Source of the DNA: Wallemia ichthyophaga EXF-994
Lineage: Eukaryota > Fungi > Basidiomycota
NCBI RefSeq assembly: GCF_000400465.1
Contig: NW_008806286.1
Location: 2,762-23,800, forward strand
Reading direction: 5' to 3'
DNA: 21,039 nt
Shown: positions 10,441 through 20,009 of the stretch, in pieces
How positions within the stretch are numbered: position 1 is the stretch's first letter
How the letters are laid out: every line of letters starts with the position of its first letter
The notes under the pieces: generated by a model
Databases searched by the model: none
The model's input: the letters and a program-made list of their open reading frames with translations, nothing else
Told to the model about the DNA's origin: nothing
Program-made: the position numbers and the translations under genes

Positions 10441-11268
10441 CTACAATTTCGCTTCGGTTTTCTCTCCCAGACAGCCTTCAATAGCATCCGACCAGATTTT
10501 TGGATCAAAGTATGCCCAGAACAAGTGGCCATATTCGAGGGTAGGAAGGGTGTTGACCAACTTGGCACCTTTAGCTATCTCAAGAGTGTGTTCAGCCTCT
10601 TTAAAGCTAATGATAGCATCGCGTTTACCGTGCATTACATAAAGTCTGTTTGTCCAGTCGGTGTATTTGAGTTTCTCGCCCAATTCCATGGCCGACAACG
10701 CCTTAAATTGAGCTTGGAGGGTTTCAAACGGTCTGCGCATGTAATTGCTGGCTTCCTTGATAACAGCGAGGATTGCTTTGTTATTACTCACCCACTCCTC
10801 ATCGTACAGAATCAGATTGAATGCTTGTGCACCTTCCAAGGAGGACATATCTATGTGAGACAGTTTAGGGCGTCTGCATGCGCTGGAAGAGAGAATAATT
10901 TTGTGGATAGTGAATAGAGGGGAGTGATTGAGCAGCATCTGCTGTGCTATGATACCGCCCATTGAGAAACCCAACAGGTGGACGTCTTTAAGGTTGAGCT
11001 GCTCGATCAGTTCAATCGTGTCTAGTGCCATACTATCCACGGATAAGCCATCGATATTGCCGTGGCTATTGCCGATATTGCGGTTATCGAAGATGACGAC
11101 TTTGCGATTGCCTGCTTTGGCGACGGCCTCCGCCCACATTTGCCAGTCGAGCATACATCCCGTCATGCCCATGATCAACACCAGTGCAATCTTATCGGTG
11201 GCATCCTCGTTGAAGACGTTGTAGGCCACTGTAGAGTTATCTTTGAGTGTTGTGAGATGTTCTGGCAT
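10441..11268 (-). CDS. Alpha/beta hydrolase, paralog 2, single exon, 275 aa
   Basis: DNRNIGNS, GFSMGG, HGKRD and YGH. Colinear with paralog 1 along its whole length. Confidence 0.9.
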   Translation of the reverse strand: MPEHLTTLKDNSTVAYNVFNEDATDKIALVLIMGMTGCMLDWQMWAEAVAKAGNRKVVIFDNRNIGNSHGNIDGLSVDSMALDTIELIEQLNLKDVHLLGFSMGGIIAQQMLLNHSPLFTIHKIILSSSACRRPKLSHIDMSSLEGAQAFNLILYDEEWVSNNKAILAVIKEASNYMRRPFETLQAQFKALSAMELGEKLKYTDWTNRLYVMHGKRDAIISFKEAEHTLEIAKGAKLVNTLPTLEYGHLFWAYFDPKIWSDAIEGCLGEKTEAKL

Positions 11269-11334
11269 TTTTTTTGTAATTTTTATCCGATAAGCAATTT
11301 AATAGTGTTTGCGCAAGTAATTTACTAGCCTTCG

Positions 11335-11346
11335 TGGTTCGAACCA
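11335..11346. promoter_or_regulatory. 12-bp palindrome TGGTTCGAACCA matching the Pol III B-box consensus on both strands
   Basis: Matches GWTCRANNC. I found no convincing A box or tRNA fold nearby. It lies in the 84-bp gap between divergent genes. Confidence 0.3.
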
Positions 11347-11352
11347 ACTGCG

Positions 11353-12406
11353 ATGGGAACAGACGCACACGCGCACGCACGAGTTTCGAAAGAGCGCAAC
11401 AAGTACAATGAGTTGCTATCATCAGTGAAGCGCACAGAACGCGTATCTGATATTGAGATTGAGGAGAAGCTCAAGAAGCTGCGCAGGCTGATTGTGCTCT
11501 ATGGAATACCAACATCGCCGCCGAACCTACGCCCACTGGTGTGGAAGCTGCTTCTTAAAGTACACGACATGAGCAGCCACGATTTCCTCAGATTAGTGAG
11601 CAGGGGGAGGAGTCCCGTTGCCGATAAGATACGCAACGATGCGTCACGCACGCTTAAATCAGACAGTGACTTTCAAACTTGCGTCGGCGAGCAGAAGCTT
11701 ATTAGACTGTTGGACGCGTTTGCTTGGAGAACGGAAGAGAGAGGTGACGGCGAGAGTCTTTATGTGCAAGGGATGAATGTCTTAGCTGCACCATTCCTCT
11801 ATGTCCAGCCAACGGAGCTAGAAGCATTCAACTGCTTTGCCAGGTTCATCGAACTCACTTGTCCACTTTACGTCTTGCCGACGTTGGAGGGCGTCCATCG
11901 GGGACTGCGATTGGTGGACAAGTGCTTGCAGATCGTTGACGCTAAACTCTACTCACATCTGCGTAGACACAACCTCACAGCTGAGATATATGCATTTCCG
12001 TGTGAGTTGGTTTTTCACGGTGCTCACACGCCACTCTCACTCACCCCTCACACAACACTCGCAGCCGTTCTCACCCTCAGCGCTTGTACTCCGCCCTTAG
12101 ACCAGGTACTCTGTCTGTGGGACTTCCTGCTCGCTTTCGGACCGCATATGAATGTACTCTGCGTTATTGCGCAGGTTCTACTCATGCGCGATGACCTTTT
12201 GGCCACTAGCAGCCCAATGAAGCTGCTTAGAATGTTTCCTCCGCTAGACGCTCAGCCTATCATCAGCATTGCAGTAACGTTAGTGAGAGATATACCCGAG
12301 GACGTGAGTGGGGGTTTAGAGGATACAAACCTGTGCAGCTAACAAAGACGTGCAGGTGTATGATGACTTGGTGAGACATTGTTTTGATCCACGCGAGAAT
12401 TATTAG
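11353..12406 (+). CDS. BUB2: TBC-domain GAP of the mitotic exit/septation network, Bub2/Cdc16; exons 11353-12001, 12065-12303 and 12356-12406
   Basis: LRPLVWKLLL, KIRNDASRTL, YVQGMNVLAAPF, YAFPSVLTLSACTPPL (after removing the in-frame intron 12002-12064) and LWDFLLAFGPHMNVLCV. The second intron is 12304-12355. Confidence 0.92.
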
Positions 12407-12475
12407 AAGGACGTATTTATAATATTATACCACGGAATCATGTAAAGTATTTCATTATATCATTTAAAAGTATAA

Positions 12476-13448
12476 TTACGCACTCAACGTCGTTTGGATA
12501 AATAGTATGTAGAGACCAGCTACAGACTTTGCATCAATCGCCTTATCATTTCTATGCAAGCCAACAAAAGCACGCCTATATCTATTCATCTGCGCCGGAG
12601 TGATTTGTTTGAGGGGGAGATCTATTACTGGGCGGTGTGGGTCAGAGAAATCTTTCTGGGGCAAGGGGAGTAAGTCTTTTGGAAGAGCTATGGTAACACT
12701 ACCGCCAACGCCAGCGTTATCAGCTGAGGCGGATGTGATGGCAGATGAAACCTGCGTAGTTGTAGCTTCGAGGACTTGTAAGTAGTTTGCAGCAGTGGCT
12801 GGCATGGTCATGACGCCAATGTTAACCTTTTTCTGCTTCTGAGTTGTTAAAATGTTGAGTAGTTGAGTGTAGTTGATTGATTCATCCTCGAGAAGAACAC
12901 TGATGAGTGGCTGATCCCAGCGAGTTGCACCGTTTGGTTCTTCATATCTGAAAGCGAGTTGATCGAAGCTGGATGGGTGTGAGGGGTTGGTTCAAGTTGT
13001 GATAGAGCTTTATCCACACTCACACCTCGCTCGAATATCCATCCTCTCTCTGATTGTTGAGCTGCCTCGCCTGATCTGTACTGGCTAGCGTCCATAGTGT
13101 CAAATTCAACGCACCAACTTCACGCGCTGTGCAATAAAGCTGATAACGAAACCCTTTAATGTAATTCGGTGCATCGCATATAACGATAGTATTCTTATCG
13201 AGGTAGCGTTCAACTGCTGCGAATATAGCACCTCTGGCTGGTTTTTCTAGGCGTGTATCTCTGTAAATATCTCTATCCAAGTCAAAATCATGCTCGCTAA
13301 CGATTCTAACATTGAGATTCCGTCCTTTGAGTGTTCCCTGGCTTTGCTCGCTTATCTCGCCCAATCGCGGTTGAATATAATTATAAAGCTGTGTGCTGCG
13401 TGTAGATTTCCCGCTGGCTGGTAGACCAGTTACGATAACGAGTGCCAT
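12476..13448 (-). CDS. KTI12: Elongator-associated P-loop protein Kti12; exons 13448-13024 and 12968-12476, 305 aa
   Basis: MALVIVTGLPASGKST, DAPNYIKGFRYQLYC, and FDQLAFRYEEPNGATRWDQPL after the 55-nt intron 13023-12969. Confidence 0.93.
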
Positions 13449-13487
13449 GGTTGTTTCTCACTGGCAATGGCTTTATCTGATACCACC

Positions 13488-14994
13488 ATGTTCTTAATCA
13501 TCTGCGTTTTCATTTTTATTTTCATTTTTACTTTTTTATCTCTTGCTTTCCTTTATAGGCAGCGCGTCGATTGCCATCTCGCAGCAGTTGTCGTCCTCGG
13601 GGATGTCGGCAGGAGTCCGCGGAGTATGTACCACGCGCTGAGCTTGTTGGATAATGGCTATGACGTAATGTTGGTTGGCTATAAAGGTTGGTGCTGTGTT
13701 TGTGCCTGTCTCTTACCTTACACGCGCTGCAAAGGCTCAACACCCATCGAACAGCTGCAGAATAAGAGAGTCAAATTGTGCACAATAGACACTCCCTCTA
13801 ACCAGCGAATGGCTACTAGAATCATCACTCAAACTTTCTCCCTTCTCTCCCTCTTCTTGGCTTCTAAAAGGATTCCCATGTGGACACTCTTCCAGACTCC
13901 ACCGGCTATTCCAACACTCGTCGTCGCTCAACTACTCAGAATTATCACTGGCACACGCATCATCATTGACTGGCACAATACTGCTTTCTCCCTCCTCGCA
14001 TTGAAGTGGGGCAAGGCACACCCTTTGGTTCGCCTGTCCATGTGTATAGAGAGGGTGGCTGGAAAAGTTGCCGATGTGCACTTGTTCGTTACACACGCTA
14101 TGAGGATTCAATTGAGTTATGAGTGGGGACTGACGTGGGTAGTGTGAAAATTTTTACTTTTTTGTCTCACAACTGCTGCAGCGGGAAGAAACTCACCTTA
14201 CACGACAAACCATTGAGTACGTTCAAACGCCTTTCCTTGACGGAGAGGGGGAGTGTAAGTGGCCATGCGTGGTGGTATCAAGCCATACTCACTCACACCA
14301 CTCACAGCTACTCTCCCGCCTCAATCTCACAGATGACCCAGCTTTCCATCCCTCCAGCAGCGATACAGACGTGCGTACAGCTCTCCTCGTTACCAGCACA
14401 TCTTGGACACCCGACGAAGACTTTGACATGCTCCTCTCGGCGTTAGAGACATACGAAAAGGCAAAGGCGAGCAGTGGTAATAGCCAACTCCCCAACATTC
14501 TCCTCGCTATTACAGGCAGGGGACCACTGAAACAGGAGTTTGAAAAACGCGTTCACCATCTAGAGAAGACTTGGAAGTGTGTCAGAGTGTGCACCGTCTG
14601 GCTCGAGCCTCATGACTACCCAAAGCTTCTTGGCGCGGCTCATCTAGGCCTCTCTTTTCACTCCAGCTCATCCGGGTTAGATCTCCCGATGAAGGTAGTC
14701 GATATGTTCGGCGCTGGATTGCCTGTCTGTGCGCTTAACTTTGCTTGCCTCCACGAACTCGTCGTCGATGGCGTCAATGGTCTTACTTTCGAGAGTGGCA
14801 CCCAGCTCGGAGGGCAATTAGTGGTGGGTTGTGCAGTTATATAGGGGTAATCTGCTCACACTTTTCTTCCCCTTTCACAGGACCTCCTCGCTAGCAAGAA
14901 TAAACTGTCGAACCTGCGCGATTATCTCGCTCATTCGGCCGACGCCGATTGGCAGACCAACTGGAATACCCACCTAAATGTGCTATTGGAATAG
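13488..14994 (+). CDS. ALG1: Chitobiosyldiphosphodolichol beta-mannosyltransferase; introns 13687-13734, 14135-14181, 14255-14307 and 14824-14880; alternative start at 13467
   Basis: N-terminal TM helix, VVVLGDVGRSPR, FQTPPAIPTL, IIDWHN, LLVTSTSWTPDEDF, HSSSSGLDLPMKVVDMFG, and ELVVDGVNG. Four GT-AG introns give one continuous frame. Confidence 0.93.
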
Positions 14995-15098
14995 AGAGTG
15001 TGTGATAATGTATATGTATATTATGTTGTGTACTATGTTATGTGTATTGTCATGTATCATGTACTATGAACTTTAAGTCATGATCCATGTGTACTATG

Positions 15099-16148
15099 CT
15101 ACGTGCCATGCAACGATACACCATTCAATCCAAATGTCATACTGAGTTTGTTGTTTGCTGCGAGGTGTTCAAGTGTGGATTCATCTTCACCCTCACTAAT
15201 GAGGACGTTGAAGCTGTCTAGTTGTGGCCCACTAATAAACAACCTCCGATCCTCGAGAAGGGCGATAGAGTGGTGCACACCTGACCATATGTTGATTGCT
15301 TTGCAGGGTAGTGCGACTTTGGATGGTGTGGGAGTGATCACCACCTTGCCGTCCATCAGATGCAGTCCAACCGTGTAGATATCTCCTGCTAATGGATGTC
15401 AGAGGGGGTGATTAGACTAACACTTTCAGATCTGCAGACTATCAGACATGAAATTTGCAGTGCTTCACGTCATCGTCGCTCAGAAATGGTAATCTAGCAA
15501 AATCTAGCAAATCTAGCAACTCAGCTGGCCTCTGCGGTTGTTTGCATCCTTCTAAGAGAAGAGAAAGTGAAGAAAAAGCGACTCACATTCATCCAAAAAC
15601 CATGAATGGGCACCAGCGAAGGAAATCCTGCGCACGTAGCGACATCCAGCTGTGTCTAGGTATGGCGACAGAAGCAAAGGTTCAACGCCAGTCTCTTGCA
15701 CCAGGCACAGCCCCCCATACTCGGAATTGCCCCAACCAACGACATGGCCGTCGTTAGTGAGCACACCCGCAGAGTCACCATTTGCGGACATCTGTCTGAC
15801 ACCACCCTGAGCCATGAAATCCCATTCCACCTGCTCAAAAGACTCGCTAAGCGGGTGGGTGGGCGAGTGACCGAGTTGCTTATCCGTGTTCAGTCCAGCG
15901 CTGAGTACCGAGGTGTGTGTGGTCAGATAGACATTGGAGAGACTTGTGTGGGTGGATGTCACTGCTTCTCTTGCGCGTACTTGTATCGCCGTCGGCTCGA
16001 TCACTCGCTGCCTTCTCGCTCTCCCCAGCTGCCCAAATGCATTTCTGCCGCTGAGGATGGCTACACCATTGATCAATTTAGCTTCAAAATCTATCTGCGG
16101 TTGCAATTTGACATTTCGCGTTAGCGCATTGCTGATGGTTCTGAGCAT
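15099..16148 (-). CDS. RCC1-repeat protein resembling mitochondrial RCC1L/WBSCR16; exons 16148-15587 and 15388-15099
   Basis: Presequence-like N-terminus (MLRTISNALTRNVK), GRNAFGQLG, GLNTDKQLG and WGNSEYG. Splicing 15586-15389 gives HSWFLDE-SGDIYTVG, a clean RCC1 blade, followed by SGVHHSIAL. Confidence 0.75.
15491..15519 (+). repeat. Three-copy tandem repeat (A)ATCTAGCAA inside the long RCC1L-like intron
   Basis: AATCTAGCAA AATCTAGCAA ATCTAGCAA read directly from the sequence. Confidence 0.85.
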
Positions 16149-16252
16149 AGAGGAGAATGGGGCACATGAGTCATATGAGCTGTGCCAGGGCTATAAAAAG
16201 TGGTATATGGCACTGCGATCGTGCTCTCCACCACCACGAACCAGCGCTCACG

Positions 16253-17186
16253 ATGACGACGCATAAATTCAACCAAGTGGATGTCTTCACCGACGAGCCA
16301 TACCGCGGCAACGCGCTAGCAGTGGTTAGCCTTACCGCGGGTACAGCTACAGACGATGGCGCGATGCAGCGATTCGCCAACTGGACGAATCTCAGCGAGA
16401 CGACGTTCCTCGCGCCATCCAACAAAGCCGACTACAGCGTGCGGATATTCACACCCGCCTGCGAGCTACCCTTCGCGGGCCACCCGACGCTGGGCACTGC
16501 GCATGTGTATCTTAACGCCTTGTCGCCCGAGCAGCGCCGGGCTATTGCTGACAGAGGCGGCAGCCTTACCCAGGAATGCGCCGCTGGGGTATTGCAGCTG
16601 CGGTGGGATGCGCGCTCCGATGTCATATCCTTCCAGGCACCGCCTCTGAATCGGTTCGCAGACGTGCAGGCCGAGCTGCTCGATAGAGTGTGCAGAGGCG
16701 TTAGCATCAGCAGGGATGATATTGTCGACGCCAAGTGGATCGATAACGGACCGCCGTGGTTTGCACTGCGATTGCATAACGCGGATATCGTCCTTGATGC
16801 CAAGTTGTCCGATAGAGGCGCAATAGACGGCCTCTACTTTGGTATATTTGGCGAGCACACGGCTGGACACTCTCAGGCTACTTTCGAAGTGCGCGGTTTC
16901 GCTTACGATGTGGGCGAGGATCCCGTTACTGGGTCACTCAAGTGGGTTTTTAAATACTTATCACTATACGTATATGCAGCTTACACAACTCGCACATATC
17001 ACTATCACCATCACTCACAGCGCAGGGATTGCTATGTGGATGAAAAATGAAACACCTGCTCACTACTTGAACTCCCAAGGCACGGCTCTCGGTAGAAAGG
17101 GATTGGTGAGCGTGACGAAAGACGGCGATGACATTTGGATTGGTGGGAGTGTGATGGGGTGTATCGAAGGCACGGTTGTCCTTTGA
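16253..17186 (+). CDS. PhzF family (phenazine biosynthesis-like, DAP-epimerase fold); exons 16253-16941 and 17021-17186, 284 aa
   Basis: FNQVDVFT, NWTNLSETTF, RIFTPACELPFAGHPTLG, IDNGPPW, EDPVTGSLNAG (across the 79-nt intron) and SQGTALGRKG. Confidence 0.92.
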
Positions 17187-17357
17187 TGGGAGGCGGAGTG
17201 GTTGTATCGTATGGCGCGTGGCGTGTGGATATGCGAGCATCCCCGAGCGCCCTTCTAAACTCATTTGAAAACGTGTTTTATCTTTTATTTTATTCTGACT
17301 TGCTTTTCGTTAAGCCGACGATTCCTTCTCCTTATCAACCATATCATCCAACCGATT

Positions 17358-18677
17358 ATGTCACAAATGCAAAAAGAATTGGCAGCGAAATGGTCAAAAT
17401 TGTCAGAGGACATTGACGCGCAGCAAGATGAAACAGACGAGGCTGCCGACGGGCTCGGAGTACTTGGGTTAGTGTGATAGCGGCAGCGATGTTTGCTATG
17501 CGTGATAAACATGACACAAACGCTAACTCGCAGCACAAACCCAGCGGAAGAAACACGACGCGCACGACGCCAACCCAATACACCCCACTCAGCGGCCAAG
17601 GGTACTTCAGCGAAGCACTGCAAGTGGAGACGACGCCGGGGTGTGTGTTCCGCGTGTACTACACTCCACCACAGCACGACAGTCCTGTTTTTGTTTTCCA
17701 CCAAGGCGCTGGCTATGCTGGACTATCTTTCGCCTGTCTTGCAAAAGAACTGTGGCGGCTTAGTGGGGGGAGAGTGGGCACGCTTGCTTTCGACGCACGC
17801 GCACATGGTGGGTTGGTGTGGGTTTTGATGCTACCTTCTCTTCTGATCTACCGCTACAGGCAAGACAAGTATAAAAGACGGTGATGAATTCGACGAGTAT
17901 GATTTGTCACTCGATACACTCACAAATGACCTCACTAGCATTCTTGAGAGGGTGTTTACTGGGAGCCACAAGAATAAATTCATTCTAGCCGGTCATAGCA
18001 TGGGCGGGAGCGTGTGTGCGCACGCAGTCGCACCCGTCTCGGAGCGTATCGGTGAAGTCATCGGGCTATGCATACTGGATGCAGTAGAAGGCACGGCTAT
18101 TGAAGCACTTCCGGCAATGGCGGGGATTTTGAAAGGTAATCCAGCCTCATTCTCGTCGTTGAGCGATGCTATTGTTTGGCATATCCATCACAAGATAATT
18201 CGCAATACAGAATCAGCTAGGCTGTCCGTACCTTCAATGGTGGTAGAGAGGGAGGGGAAATGGATATGGAGGACTGACTTGCTGAAGACCGAGCCGTTCT
18301 GGTTAAGTGGGTGGTGTTTGAATAATGCATGTCTCACACTCACACTCACACTTACTCACTCCACTAGACTGGTTTAAAGGGCTTTCAAACAAATTCATTG
18401 CAGCTAAACCTTCCAAGCTGCTCGTTCTCGCCGGGGCTGATAAACTAGATACGCCGCTTATGATTGCTCAGATGCAGGGAAAATTCCAACTCAACGTCAT
18501 CCAGAATGTCGGGCATTGTCTTCAGGAGGTGAGCGTGTTTATAATGCTCTCATACTCCACTCACACTCCACCCAGGACGATCCTGCACGCGTCGCCCAAG
18601 TCTTGTATGCATTTTACGAAAGGAACTTTGGACAGTCGATTGATCTCTCAAAAATAAAGAAAGTGGGACAGGTTTAG
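17358..18677 (+). CDS. PPE1: Protein phosphatase methylesterase 1; first intron boundaries ambiguous (about 17460/17468 to 17533/17544), then introns 17808-17859, 18307-18367 and 18529-18575
   Basis: [80 protein letters not shown] and GHCLQED. Confidence 0.9.
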
Positions 18678-18808
18678 AATGCATCTATATCGCTTGTATT
18701 ATTCATTGGAATAAAAAATGTGACCCATCAGTGCACGCCGGCATTCTGCGAAGCACAGAGATTCTTCTTACAGCGCGATAACGCAACGCCGCCGAACACC
18801 ACCCAAAA

Positions 18809-19677
18809 ATGGCAGACGCTCTCGAAGAAGCTGTACTCAGCGGCCGCCTATTTACCAATGGCCTTGCAATTAACGAGCGAGCGAATGGAGACGATGAGGA
18901 TGGCTTCGATGACGACGAGAAGAGCGCAGGTGATGGCCAATCTGAAAAAGCTAGCGATGACGACGATGTGGATGCCAGCAATGCTCAAAGCCAGCGCACT
19001 GGCCCTCGCACCGGCGCAAAGGGTGTCAAGGAGGATGCACGCATCCATGAAGAGAAACAGTCTCTATCCAGCCTCACCGATGAGAAAGCTAAATCGGATT
19101 ACCTCAAATCGAAAGCACTGGTTATGTCACAAAGCGAGAGTGATACAGATGACTCAGAGAGACAGGCTCGCGAGTCATACAGACGTACACGTATTAGGCA
19201 GCTCAAAATGGCCTCTACTGGTGGTGTTCGTGTCTTTGGTCATTTGCGAAAGGTCGATGCCAACACGTACATCACTGCCATCGACGACGAGGAAGAGGAT
19301 GTCTTTGTGGTTATTCTCATTAAGGATAATGTGGGTTTGGTGTGGTGTGTACAGGCTCGATTCATTCTAACACCCATCTCCAGTCTATTGAAGCTTGCGT
19401 CGATTTAGAATACTCTTTCGCTAGCTTGGCTCAGGTTTACACCTCTACCAAGTTCCTCTCGGGTGAAGCAACAACATTGGAATTCGGTCTCGATGCTCAT
19501 GGCGTACCAGACCCAGACATTTTACCCACTGTGCTCGTTTATAGAGCCGGCAGCCTCCACTCCTCCCTCATTCGTCCCGATTTAGAGAAAAGCCCCGTCG
19601 AGCAGACTCTCGCTGACGACGGCGTCCTCCAGTTGGTCGAGAGAGCCGTCGACGAGAACGGTGACCTTGACGAGTAG
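18809..19677 (+). CDS. Phosducin-like protein (PhLP1/Bdm1 type); exons 18809-19330 and 19384-19677, 271 aa
   Basis: Acidic N-terminus, TGPRTGAKGVKEDA, YRRTRIRQLK, FGHLRKV, and a thioredoxin-like C-domain (TKFL...DPDILPTVLVYRAG). Intron 19331-19383. Confidence 0.85.
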
Positions 19678-19993
19678 TTCCCATTTTACACATTAATTAT
19701 ATACACTAACCATCAGCTTGGATACCCTTCTCAATACTTTTTCGCTTCACCTTATTGAACTCCTCTTGTCAACTTTGTTTGTCATACATTTGAGTTATAG
19801 AACCTTTTGGCTGTTGTGCTAGCACAATGCGCATACATTTTTGTACAGAAGATTGTATGTCATCTGCATAAGGTTACTATGAACTGCAGAAATTTTAATG
19901 TATTCAGACATGCTTTCGACTGCTACTTCATTATGAAGCAGACTGTTTAATTAAAATTATTTTAGGTTGTACTTTCGCGATGCAGAAAGATGC

Positions 19994-20003
19994 AAAAAAA
20001 AAA
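19994..20003 (-). terminator. Pol III oligo-T terminator (T10) of tRNA-Gly
   Basis: A run of 10 T on the minus strand starts 7 nt after the discriminator base. Confidence 0.85.
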
Positions 20004-20009
20004 GAATAT

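Noticed and set aside
13614-13636. ALG1 motif reads RSPRSMYH rather than the usual RSPRM(Q/M)YH
   Set aside because: A single substitution with all other motifs intact; could be lineage variation or a sequencing error.
15389-15586. Stwintron (intron within intron) or hidden tRNA-Cys/U6 fragment in the long intron
   Set aside because: Removing the 35-nt sub-intron does not rebuild a donor. CTGCAGATC and GCAAATT-like words do not extend into a cloverleaf or a colinear U6 match.
16157-16252. Longer PhzF N-terminus from ATG 16157, only 8 bp from the divergent RCC1L-like start
   Set aside because: Family homology starts at MTTHKFNQVDVF (16253), which gives an ordinary 104-bp divergent gap.
15656-16870. 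Several 100-140 aa antisense or alternative-frame ORFs over the RCC1L-like and PhzF genes
   Set aside because: Shadow ORFs expected in GC-rich coding DNA; no recognisable motifs.
18720-19370. 216-aa alternative-frame ORF overlapping the phosducin-like gene
   Set aside because: An off-frame shadow of an acidic, repetitive-codon CDS, with no motif support.
1798-19677. A functional or biosynthetic gene cluster, e.g. around PhzF, the hydrolases and the oxidoreductase
   Set aside because: These genes are interspersed with unrelated housekeeping genes. No backbone synthase, transporter or pathway regulator is present.
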